From: Antedon mediterranea
Taxonomy: Eukaryota; Animalia; Echinodermata
Reading direction: 5' to 3'
Length of the DNA: 64,000 bases
Assembly (NCBI RefSeq): GCF_964355755.1
Contig: NC_092672.1
Coordinates: 28,464,437 to 28,528,436 of the forward strand
Part shown: piece by piece, positions 37,763 to 51,100 of the stretch
Layout: each line of letters starts with the position of its first letter
Position numbering within the stretch: position 1 is the stretch's first letter
Made by a program: the position numbers and the translations under genes
The notes under the pieces: generated by a model
What the model saw: only the letters and a program-made list of their open reading frames with translations
Told to the model about the DNA's origin: nothing
Databases searched by the model: none

Positions 37763-40248
37763 TAAGCTCTCTCTACACTATCAAACTAATGATGTGACAA
37801 CAATATGTGATGTGCCCATATATGGACATGATGATGATGTCGTATCACTATTATATTTGGACATATTACTACCATATTTGGGCACATCACACTTTTTTGT
37901 CAAACAAGTTTGTTTAGTGTAGACAGACCTTTAGAGGGACAGTTAAAGTAGTAGTTGTCTCTGCAAGGTAGATACAGTATATTTGGAAAGTAAAATTACA
38001 AATAAATTAGTCCTATTTTTGTAAGAAAATTGAGACTTTGATGATTTGATTAAATGTTGGTTTTTAATTGGCTTTTGTTAGTTAAGACTGAATTCTTTGG
38101 TACACACAATAAATTAGTAGTGATTTTACAAAAAAAATTATTTAAAACGTTTATTTTTATATACAGAGGTTTGAAAATACAAAGGCATGCCTAAAAATGT
38201 ATATTAAATAAATAATAATTACCATCAAAGTATGTATTGGCAATATAAAATTTAAAAGCTAAAAAAAATATATACGGTAAAATTGTTATAATTTTTAATA
38301 AAACTGAATAATGCAAGTTAAATATATATGGTAACATTGCTATTTGCTAAATCTGAATAATGCAAGTTTAATACAGACATGCATTTATTGTAAAGAAGGG
38401 GTTTTCAGGCTCCGCAAATGGAGGTATAAACATTTAACATCTGTATGTATAATTATTCTTTCATGGAACAAAACCACGAGAGCAATTGCCTAATAATGGG
38501 AAAAAGTTAGTGTGGTCAGTCACCCAGCATAATACTGTATTACCTGGGCCAACATATTTATCACTTTTTAAGGCCATGGCTCTACTTTCTACACCATACT
38601 AAAACGCCTTTAAATGATAGTACAGGTAGGCCCACTATTTCAAATTTGTCACCCCTAGCAATTGCAGTTACAGCTCTTGTCTACACTATCAAACTTTATG
38701 TGACAACAAAATGTGATGTCATGCCCATATATGAACATGATGATGTCATATCACTACCGTAATGGACACTTTTTTTGTCGCATGAAGTTTGATATTGTAG
38801 ACAGAGCTTAAAAATTGTACAGTCATCTCTCCCAATACCAGACTTTTCTTGGGGACAAAAAGGTCCCAAATTTCTTTTAACAATAAAAACAGATTCCAAT
38901 TAAATATCAGACTTTCTGGAAACCAGACATCTTTGGTTAGCACAAAGGTGTCTAGTATTGGGAGAGTTGACAATATTTTAAAGTAATAATGCATAGTAAA
39001 TTGAAACTGCAACTATATTATAAAATTAACATTCTAAAAAAGACACCCAATTTCCACAACAAGAAGCCTCTATATAACATATGTACTAAATATTTGGAAG
39101 TCATAGTGCATAGAGGATTGACTGTATTTATTACAAGATACAAATAAAATTTGAATGGCAAGGTGATTTTAAAAGTAATACAGTAAAAGAAATTAAATTG
39201 TCCTTTTCAGCCTCCAATGAAAAATAAAATGTATTTATATCTAAATAATGCTGAAATAAGAAATAATGTGAAAAAATAAACATATGAAATCTCTGAACAT
39301 AAAAAAAAAACTGAGATTTCCGACACCCAGCCATTAGACCACTTTGGCTGTTATGGTATGATGGAGCCGAAATGTTGTACATTGGAAAAGTAGTAAGTTC
39401 TCGACTTGACTGTACAGAGATAAAACTAAAATGCCTTCATTGTCAATGTTATTAAAAAATTCCAAAAAATCACCATTAAATTAAGTATTGTGTAATTAAT
39501 CTAAAAATAGAACACATAATAATAATTAACTTATATAGGCCCTAAATATATACATAGTCATATCTTACCTATGTAAAATACCTTTTATTTATTAATAGTA
39601 CAATTATATTAAAATGCATGATTGGTTTGGTCTCACTCAAATTAGTACATATTACATTAAAACTAATTATTACTAAAGCAATTTAAAAATTGCCTTATAT
39701 ACTAAAGATACAAAAATAGAAATTATTTTATGAGAAAAAACATGTGTCATATTGCCAAGAAAAGTCAGCATGAAAAATAAAATCCCTATAAATTTTCTGC
39801 AAACTTTAATAATGATTTAAAAAGTGCATTACAACCCAAAAGCTGCTTCTACTTGCTCTGTTCAAACCACAGTAACCTACACATGTACAATACAATTTAA
39901 ATCTGGCAAACAACTAGAATCACTTTTTGAACTGCAATAACATTGGAGTTCACCCTCTAGCCAATCTAGAAGCTCATTGATTATTACGCTATACAATATT
40001 ATACTGACAATGATGGACAGATATTAGCAGCATTATTCAATGGTATATCTCATAGCATTACAAAGTTTATGCACAAGTTGTGTTGGGTGAACAGTATAAG
40101 AACATGAAGTAAGCCTTTGGTTAATAAGCAGACAACCTCAAGAAAAAGTGTCCGTTTATAAAAAATTGTTTTCTTGGGAAAGGTACCATACACATCAATT
40201 GAATAGGAATAATAAGTTTTGGATGAATGTCTTCTTTCATAGGAGGTA

Positions 40249-40427
40249 AAGTGTCTTTCACATCTGTTCAGGCATGGTTCCGGTCCATCAAATCGCACAC
40301 TAATGTTTCATTTCATGCATATATCGGTTGCTGCAAAGCCGTGTTGAGCGTCGTGAAAACGAGACATTAACGTTCAATTTGATTTGCTGGCGCCAGAACC
40401 GTGCCGGAACAGGTGTGAAAGACCCTT
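40249..40427. mobile_element. Harbinger-like MITE
   Basis: Imperfect TIR gtctttcacatctgttcaggcatggttc / gaaccgtgccggaacaggtgtgaaagac. Confidence 0.65.
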
Positions 40428-42158
40428 TATAGAGGTACCAAATGCATTGCGCTTTTGGATGAGCATCTGTTAAGTTAGGTGTCTGTTTACAAGAGGTATC
40501 TACACAGGGAAGGTAAACTATAGCACTGATGATAAAATAAAAATTTAAAATTTAAAAAATAAAATATTACAAAATAATTTTCCTCTAATAAACATTTATG
40601 TTTGCATAACTAAACTGTATGTTAAAACAAAACAGAAAATTATAATAAAAAAAAACTAAAATGCCATTATGCAAATAAATATGATTTATGTACTACTACC
40701 AGGACTACTACAATATAATAAACAAAAAATAAATAAAAATAATTGGTTTAATAATAGTTTAATATTAAGGTTATAGGAAATAAATCAAAACATACTCATT
40801 ATCATTAAATACATGTATTGTCCCTCAAAAACATGAAAAATTTAAATTAATAATATCAGACTTTGAATGGGCTATTTTGTAGTTGTAATCAAGTTAATCA
40901 CTTCTGTGGAAAAAAAAATCGGAAAAAAAGTATGTTTTACTTACAAAATGACAAAACAAGTTAAATTCCACGAAAAAACACAATTTTGTTTGCTTTAAAT
41001 TACAATTTTTCAGGTAAATAATTTTTGTTAAAAGTAAATAACGGTTATGGAACATTAAAATGGCATTCAGCGTAAAAAATTAAAACAAAATATTTGTCAG
41101 GGGTACAATATATATTTAATATTATTTTTTTTTAAATGTGTGTTACCCATTTATTTTATATATTTATATACATTATTAAAAAAAACTAAAAAAATTTAAA
41201 TAGATAAATATAAAATATTTTACAGTATAATGAAAGACACATGCAAAGCATAGAGAATGGACCACTGGTTATATTAAATGATAGTACAAATATAATATAA
41301 TAATAAATACTCGTGAAACTGGTCACATTATTATTTTTTCTTCCTGACATGTTAAGACAACAATCATAAATAATGCATGACACAATTATAGTATAAATTA
41401 AGACATTACAGAGGGCGCTATGATGTACGACGTAAGCATAGACATACAATGGTTTTCTGCAAGCCAATTTTTTAGTTTTTAGTAGTCAGGGTTCAAAACC
41501 CAATTATGTTGCTTATTTTTCTGTTATTGTGATTAAGAGATTATTTTCATTAACGAATATACGGTACTCGCGCGAATGAAACACTACTGAGTTCTGATTG
41601 GTCGCACAATTGTTCACGTCATAAAAAATATGCATTAGTCAATGCTCTCAATTTGCCTATTCTCTAGTTTGACAAAAAATGTTGATAATGCCCTAATACG
41701 GTACGGTTATATGACATTATCATTTTCATATTTGGGCACATCACATTATTTTGTCACTACTTAAAGTTTGATAGTGTAGACAAAGTACATCTTTGGATAT
41801 ATGCAAGTTTTCTTGCAATTCGACTTTAACATAGAAGCTAATTATGTTTATGAACTAGGCCTATGCACGATTTCAGCCTTAACACACTGATAAAATACAT
41901 TGCAACTCGGACAATCTAGTGCTATAACCCAAAACCCAAAGAAAGTGTTTTTCAGAGAAATCTTATAATATTCATGTATTTTCAATAGCAATAATTTAAT
42001 TTGTCGATAAATTAAGAAATTCTAGTACAGGGGTGAAATTGAGGGTCCAATTTCAAGATAGTTTATTGTTTTTGTCATATGTGCGTAAATATAATATTAA
42101 AAATATAAAATCCCATTCATTTTAAAACCCAAACACAAAGGCAGCGATAAGACATTTT

Positions 42159-45100
42159 TCATTTTTTCTTGCCGAAAAAACTTGCACGTTTTTTCTTTAA
42201 GGGTTTATCTTCGTTTTTAACATCCTTTGGTTCTTCTTTGTGTTTATCCTTTTTGTCTTTCGATTTCTCTTTCGACTTTTCTTTCTTTGATTTGGTCTTT
42301 GATGCTGATTTTGTCTTTGGTTCTTCTGCAAAATATAAAGTTGAACTTTTCTGGTAAAATTTAAAACAGAATATTATACTGAAGAATCCACTTATACTAA
42401 GCATTCAGTGGAAAGTGCCAAATTTTAAAAAGTAATTAAAATGTTTTTGAAAAAAAACTTTAAAAATGTATTGTCCCCCTGAAAAAATACTTTGAAAGAA
42501 TAATTGGATCGAAAAAAATAGTTAATAACTTTATCCAAACTACAAAATGGGGCCTTAAATATTATAAACACAATTTTCTCGAGGCAATTTTGTTTCTGTT
42601 CCTAACATTGCTTGATGCAGCCAATAACTTTAAACAAACTTTGGAATATTAAAAATAGTCTAAATAATTGTGTATAGTAGCAATTGAAACGTAATATAAT
42701 TGTAAGCATATATTAGCTAGGTTCGAGCCAAATATTTGTTAACTGCCGAAGCGAACTTTTAAAATCAGGATACTGGGGTTATAACAAAAAGCTAATTGTA
42801 TTTTGAGAACAATCATGCGTGCAATTTAAAGAAAACCAATCAAATTTACCTTCAGTAGGTCCGTCTTCACTTAGAGATCTCTGCTTGATAAGCCGTACAT
42901 TATTACTCTGTGGCGCTTTATAGGTAGGATCAATAGCTGCGAAGACGTTAGCGTTTGGAGGCGGCAAGGGAGGATCTCGATATGGCAGGCTTTCCTGTTC
43001 TGGTGAGCCTGGAGATTGGGGTGGTGACCTTAATATAGCAGATGCAGTTGTACCTTCTGGTATCGGTTGTCCATCCTTTTAATGAAAGAAAAAAAAAAAG
43101 GAGTGTTTTATTTTTATTGGGTTTGAAATAGATACATTGAATTATCACATTATTAGCTGATTACACAATTCAAATTACATACAGAAATTAGTTACAACTG
43201 ATCCCAAAACAAAATCAAAATAAATAGTAAAAACCACAAAACAGTAAAAAGTAGTAAATGTAGCTATACAACAGCTTCATGGTTTAATGTTTAAAGCTCT
43301 GTCTACACTACCAAACTTTATGTGACAAAAAAAACGTGATGTGCCCATATATGGACATGATGAGGTCATATCACTACCATACTTTGGTATATCACTACCA
43401 TATTCAGGCACATCACACTTTTTTGTCAAACTAGTTTGATAGTGTAGACAGAGCTTAACAACATGACATCCACCCCTGCAGGGAAATGTTAAGTTCAACA
43501 TGAGGAAAATGGATTTTTATTGGTGGATTAAGATAGTGAAATAGGTCATCAATTGATCTGTGGTCGTATTCACCAATCACACTTAAGCGAGATATTTCCC
43601 ATAAATATATTAGTATTTTACTTATTTCAATAAATATTCAAGTATTTTACTTATTTCAATAAATATTTAAGTATTTTACTTATTTCAATAAATATTTAAG
43701 TATTTTCCTTTAATTATATTCACTTAGCCTAAGTGTGAATGGTGAATACGGCCACAGAAGTATGACCGCTGTTTAGTATTTTACTGTTTAATACTAAACT
43801 CTCTCGAAACCAGAATCCCTTTCTGTAATTAATACCAGAAGCCCAATAATGTCTGGTTTTGGGAAAGAGATATAATAAATATATGCTATATATTAAAGTA
43901 CTATTAGTATTACTCTACTACCAAAAAAGCTACTATACTACTATTACTACTATATAACACACCTAATTTTACTCCAAACACTAACACACCAAATGTAAGT
44001 GTAACCTTGTCATTTGATTGGTTGAATTTGTATCGCATAAGCAAGGCATGATTTTCTCCCATTTCTAATAGATAGAGGTACAGTAGCTCAGTTTTTTGTT
44101 TTGAGAAGCAAGACTATTCACATTTGAAGACCAACTTGTAAAGATGGGGGAGGTGGGGTTGGTAGGTAATAATGACTTCAAGTGTTAAAATGCAGGACAC
44201 TATAGACGGTAAGCAGAACACAATGCCTGATGACTGTGTAAAAACAAATTAACTTTATTTCAGGTTTAAGACGTTTTTCATAATTGCTATTTATACAACT
44301 TGCTGTCATCCAAATAATCAACTCAGCTGAAACTGATTCTGAGGCTTGTAATGCTGTTGTACAACTGGGATTCCTGGAATTCCAGGAAATCATGGAACTC
44401 CAGGCATTCCAGGATCACAAGGGGTAAATGGAGAAACAGGAATGAAAGGCAGGCAAGGAAATCATGGAACTCCAGGCATTCCAGGATCACAAGGGGTAAA
44501 TGGAGAAACAGGAATGAAAGGCAGGCAAGGAAATCATGGAACTCCAGGCATTCCAGGATCACAAGGGGTAAATGGAGAAACAGGAATGAAAGGCAGGCAA
44601 GGAATAAAAGGAGAACAGGGAATGAATGGAGATAAAGGAAGGAATGGCTTAGACGGCATTCCTGGTAAATCAGGACCAAAAGGCCCTCAAGGCCTCATTC
44701 GGACTACCAGGTGAATCTGGACTTCGAGGTTTCACTGGACGACATGGGGCAAATGGTCGAAAAGGACAAAAGGGGGAAGTAGCAAATGTTAATAGTATTA
44801 GCCAGCACAAGTTTGCTTTTACAGCAGTTTATAAATTAAGTCCTTGCCGTCTAGGTTTGAGCACAATAAAGTATGACACAATAATTAATTGTAGAAAATA
44901 AATACAACATAAGCACAGGTAAGTTTGTCTGTGAAATTCCAGTTGTTTATGTATTCCATTATTACATCAAGGGCAGGTGGTGGTAGTGGTTTTATAACAC
45001 ACATCATAAAAAATGGTGATATTCAAGTAACTATGACTAACAGTGTTAGTTCCTTGAGCACAATGGTGATACTTGATTTGGCATCAGGTGATCAAGTATG

Positions 45101-48100
45101 GACGCGGCCACATAATATAAACTATAGATATTTACTGCAGTAATAGATATGGTAATGGATCGTGCTCATTCTCAGGTTTCTTTCTTTATGCAGCATAAAG
45201 TAAAATCCAAAGATGGCTCCAATGCTGATAGAACATTATCTTTTTTGGGGGGAAATTTATAAAAAAGAATAATATATATCCAAAGGCAAATTACTGAAAA
45301 AATGACAATGCTGTGGGTATCAGTGACTGGATCTCAATGGAGATACAAAAAAAAAAAAAAAAAAGCGAAAAGTTAAATCAAAACGATAAGTAAAACAGCC
45401 AGAAAAGTTAGCAGAGCTTTCGGGCAACACTAGCCCTTCATCAGTGCAAGTAAAAAAGAATAATATAAAATATAAAAATAAAATATATTAGTCCCTCCTA
45501 CTGGACATTGACATTTCTTAGTCCCTCCTACTGGACATTGACATTTCTTAGTCCCTCCTACTGGACATTGACATTTCTTAGTCCCTCCTAATGAACAATT
45601 GACATTTCTTAGTCCCTCCTAGTACTGAACATTGACATTTCAGGGTATGTTCAGACTCACAGAGTTACGGTTGAGTTATCTACGCAAGGCGTACGGTAAT
45701 CCGTGGCGTTAAAAGCCAAGGTGTTCAGACACAACAATTAAAAATTCCAATGCCTTGCGTTTAAAACAATCTGATCAGATCAAAGCAGATAGAACTATAG
45801 AAAGTTTACATTGTTTAAATTGTTTTTTTGCTATTTTTATTTATATAATGTTTACCTTCAAATATACTGATTTGTTCTTACTACTTGTAGAATTACATTT
45901 TAATTCAAAATAATTAAAAACGTAATTGTTACACGGACAATTATCCGATTAATTTATTTAATTTATGAAAATCATATCACTGACGCCAACTTTACTGTTC
46001 TTTAAAATCTGAACCTGAAAATACATTTGACATAGCTATTTCGCTGTCGTATCATAGGGTACGGGAATGTAGTTGCTGTCTGCTAAAATCACTGATGCAT
46101 CACTGGAATAGCGTTATGAAATCTACCCTCTCTCGCTAGAGTTATTAACGCCACTGGCGCAGAGTAACAGCTCCCTAACGCTAATCCGCAGCATGGTTCA
46201 GACACAAAATATGTACGCCGCTTACATAACTCCACCATAACTCCGTGAGTCTGAACATACCCTTAGTCCCTCCTACAGGACATTAACCTTTTTTAGTCCT
46301 CTTATTGGACATTGACATTTCTTAGCCCCTGGACATGACAATTCTTAGTCCCTCCTACTGGACATGACAATTCTTAGTCCTCCTACTGGACATTGACATT
46401 TCTTAGTTCCTTTTCTACTGGATTCAGTTCAGTTCAGTTTTATTCGGTTCACTCAAAAATACAAAGACAAACATAACAGAAAAAAAAAAAAAAAAAAAAA
46501 AGCACAAGATAACAATATTAAAAGAATGAACCGAGGAATAACCCAAGAAAGTTTAAATGAAAACTTATTTCCATTGGGGTCCTCAGACATAAAAATAACA
46601 CTGATAATTGCACTTAAAGCGCCCTATGACTACTAAAAGGTAAACAAATTGTACAGTAAACATGATAAGGATTACACAGTATTTTGATAAAATGTGATTT
46701 TACATATTTAAAATTTAAAATGTAGTTAAAATATTGCAATGTTTAAAGGTTTAATTGCACCTAATACAATTGCCTAAAGTAAAAAATATATAAAACACTG
46801 TACAAAAATGTTACACAGGTATTCTTTCAGATAAAAGTGATTTTACATTATATTTAAAACTATTTAAAGTATTGCAATTTTTAATATTAATTGGAAGTGC
46901 ATTCCAATATTTTATACTATTGTAATAAAATGTATTATGTACATTACCATGAGGAACTCTAAAATTTGTGTTACTGTGCCTTGTATTGTATCCATGCGTA
47001 TCACTAATACGTGTGAAGTGTGAGCTTAAATAATCCGGACACGTTTTATTAAAGATATTGAAAACATGCCTAAGACACAGATATTTTACACGATTTTCTA
47101 TATTAAGCATACCATGTGTATAGTGAGTTCAGAGTAGCCAACATGGGCTCTGGGTTCCAACTTTGCAATAAATCTTACTAGTTTATTTTGGGTGGTTTGT
47201 AATTTGTGTTTAACATTTTTGTTAACTCCATGAAACCAAGCTGGTGAGGCATAATCTAGTAAAGGCTGTACCAGCGCCATACCTAACAGTTTGGACATTG
47301 ACATTTCATTGTCACTTTCCTACTGGACATTGACCTTTCTCAGTCTTTCTACTGGACACTGCCTTTTTAAGTCTCTCCTATCAAATAACTACAATGTAAC
47401 TATGCAATACAGAAAGTTTTACTACAGGGTATGTATCATGTATACTCCAATATAAATAACAAAGGATGAATGTGCTATTAAAGAGCAGAAACAGCTGAAA
47501 TCATCAGGTATTGAAGTTCATATGGTATACTAATAGATTAGTGCACTTAGATGGTTAAAGCAATATTTAAGAAAAACAATTCCATTGTTAGTGTGACACG
47601 AAAGGCAATATGTTTATTTTATATTTCTATAAAATTTCCTCTCAAGGCTCAAAAAAACATTACCAAGTAACAAAACCGTGGGAACCACATGATACCAGAT
47701 AATACAGACTATGTTTGTTTGGCTGTACATCAACAACTGAATAAAGAGCGATTGTCTATATTGAAAATGCGGATATCTATTTATGATCATATGACATTGA
47801 ACAACGCAGTTAGGATGTGAAGAAATGCTTAAATACGGATGTGAAACTTGTCTTGTCTTCACTAATGCAAGAGAAACATTAAGTTATTGATTGCTGAACA
47901 ACAAGTACAAGATATTAAAGAAAATCATTATGTTAAGAGGGTAAGTACATTTTAATACTATATTAGTATAAGATTATTAGTTACATTTATATATTTAAAC
48001 AATATTAATCAGTCTATTCTCATACAGTATCATGTTTAGTGAGGTTAAACATCCTGCAGTATCGTGTCTGTTGACAGCAACAAACAAGCATCTAACTCCA

Positions 48101-51100
48101 TCATATACCAAAGCGTCTAATAGGATAAAGGTTGATTCCAGAAGACACGATATTGCAAGATGTTTAAAATTGCTAGACTACTAGTGTACAATTGCCAAAA
48201 ATAAAGATTGAGGTTGATATGAGGCATTCACACCACCAGATTAGTGATTGCCCTTAGGGGTTTATGGACTGCCAGAGGATGCAATTTCCACAATTTATTT
48301 TACATTTCTTTAAAGTATAAATAATACAGTGTAAAGCAAACAATCATTAAAAAATGATGTAAGCAATTTATTTCAGTTGTATTGGTTTTGTATGTAGTCA
48401 TATGTTACCCTTAATATCCTCAATGTTCAAATGCAGTACACCATAGGCTGTAAGTAGCACATCATTCAAGATGATGGTAAAAACATATCAACTTTGTTTC
48501 AGGTTTTTCCTCCTTGTCATACAACTTGCTGTCACTCAAGTATATTCAGCTCAAACTGATTCTGAAGCTTGTAATAGCTGTTGTACAGCTGGGGTTCCTG
48601 GCATTCCAGGAAATCATGGAAATCCAGGTGTACCAGGACCACAAGGAGTAAATGGAGAAAAAGGAATAAGAGGAGAACAAGGAGAGAAAGGAGAAGTGGG
48701 AATGAATGGAGAACAAGGAATAAATGGAGAACAAGGAATAAAAGGAGAACAAGGGATAAATGGCCAACAGGGAATAAAAGGAGAACAAGGAGAGAAAGGA
48801 GACAATGGAAGGAATGGTTTAGATGGGATTCCTGGTAAATCAGGACCAAAAGGACCTCAAGGCATCATTGGGCAACAAGGAGCAACAGGCCCTCAGGGCC
48901 TCAGTGGGCAACCTGGTGAAGTAGGAGTTCCAGGAGTACCAGGGGAAATTGGTCAAAAGGGGGAAAAGGGTGAAAAAGCTAATATTACTAGTCAGCACAA
49001 GTCTGCCTTTACAGCAGTTTTTAGATCAAACCCAGGTCAGCTTCCTATTAGCCCAATGAAGTATGACACAATAATTACTGATGTAGGAAATCACTACAAC
49101 ATAAGCACAGGCAAGTTTGTCTGTGAAATTCCAGGTGTTTATGTATTTCAAGTTACATCAAGGACAAGTAGTGGTGATGGTTTTCTAACACACATCATAA
49201 AAAATGGGGATGTTAAAGTATCCATAAGGACGAGGGCTACTTATAGTTCTTCCAGCACAATGGTGATACTTGATCTAGGATCTGGTGATCAAGTATGGAC
49301 TCAGCCAATAAATTTATACCATAACTATTACTACAGTGATAGTGAAGGATATTGCTCATTCTCAGGTTTCTTGCTTTATGCGGCATAAATTAACATACAA
49401 AGATGGCTCCAATGATGATAGAATACTAAGATAAACTAAATAAATAAATGTTAACTTTTAGTTAAACCAGTTGACAAGTACTTACTTGCTACGTTTCAGC
49501 TACTTTCAGTAGCCTTGGTCACGCAAATGACCAAGGCTACATAATTCGGTGAATTGCGCCATCTCTCATCTGATGTTCAGCTTTCTGCTGGTGTCCCCCT
49601 TTGGATGCTCGGGTGTCCCTTTTTATTAAGTCATCGTAGATGTGGCTCAGTTCGTGCCCTCCCTGGTCTCTGTTGATGTTTGTATTCGTTTTTTCTTATC
49701 CAAATGGCTTCTTTTATTTTTCTTGATAAGTAGTGTTGTTCTTTGTCTAATATTTTTGTATTTTCAAAATCCGGTATGTGATTTTCTATGGTGGCGTGAT
49801 CCGTGATAGCGGATTTGTGTAGAATTTTAGATTGTGAATGGCGAGCGCTCCTGGTTCCTGTCCCTACGGTATTTTTTTCCACGTCTGTTTTGTGTTCTAT
49901 TATTCTTGTTTTTAATGCTCTGCCCGTTTCCCCTATGTATACCTTCTTGCAGTTGTGGCAACCTACTTGGTAGACTATACCACACTGTTGATCTTTGTCA
50001 ATCTTGTCTTTAGGATGAACGAGACTTTCTCTTAATTTGTTTTTGGGAGTGATATATGTATTTATATTGTGCTGCTTCAATGTTCTTCTTAGCCTTTGAG
50101 TCATCCCTTCGACGAGAGATGGCGCAATTCACCGAATTATGACGAATGACAGAACATCATGTCAACGTCATTTGCATGACCAAGGCTACTGAAAGTAGCT
50201 GAAACGTAGCAAGTAAGTACTTGTCAACTGGTTTAACTAAAAGTTAACATTTTTTTTTTTAATATCCATTGAAACCAGATGAAAAAAATTTTTTTGAGAA
50301 TCTAAGATAAACTGTTTGTATTTTGTTTGGAAATTTATAAAAAAGAATAATATAAAATATTCTGTAACTTTTAAAGTATTCAGCTAATTGAAAAAAAGAA
50401 TTAGTTGATATTTTAATAATAAGAAAATAAGTACTAAAAGTATAGCTGAAATACAAACATTATATAGAAAACAAGTACATAGTTAAAGTAGCATGCATCT
50501 GTATAGTGGAAATTATCAAAATTGTGTTACGAGTTTACAAGACAGGTACAAGTGCCCATGTAAATGTGAAAGATTTTGAAAAAGTTATGAAGTATTTTTT
50601 AATCAGATTTAACTCCTCAGAATGCACTGTGACCCTTTCTCCCACTCCCCATTTTTTCCCTTCATTCATTAGGTACAAACAGCAAATGATATATATATAT
50701 ATTGGACCTACAGGATAGTCCTAATCTGTTGGATATCCATAGTTAAAAGAAGCAAGATAAATAATTACAGATAGTTAAATTGAGTTGAACAATAAATGTT
50801 TTTGTTGCAAAGAGTATAGCAATAAAAGTTAAATACTTTAAAATATGTTTATTTGCTTTGACACTTCCAATTTATTCTAGGTCACATAAATGTTTGAACT
50901 TGAAACTTGCTACTGGACATTGACATTTTCTAGTCCCTCCTATTGGACATTGACCTTTCTTAGTCCCTCCTATTGGACATTGGGATTTCTTAGTCCCTCC
51001 TACTGGACATTGACATTTCTTAGTCTCTAGGACTACTGGACATTGAGATTTCTTAGTCCTTCCTACTGGACATTGAGATTACTTAGTCCCTCCTACCGGA

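Larger units (their letters stand above)
45488..47380. repeat. 30-bp minisatellite array 1 (interrupted by a MITE and a LINE)
   Basis: Unit tagtccctcctactggacattgacatttct at 45488-45641, 46263-46422 and 47291-47380. Confidence 0.9.
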
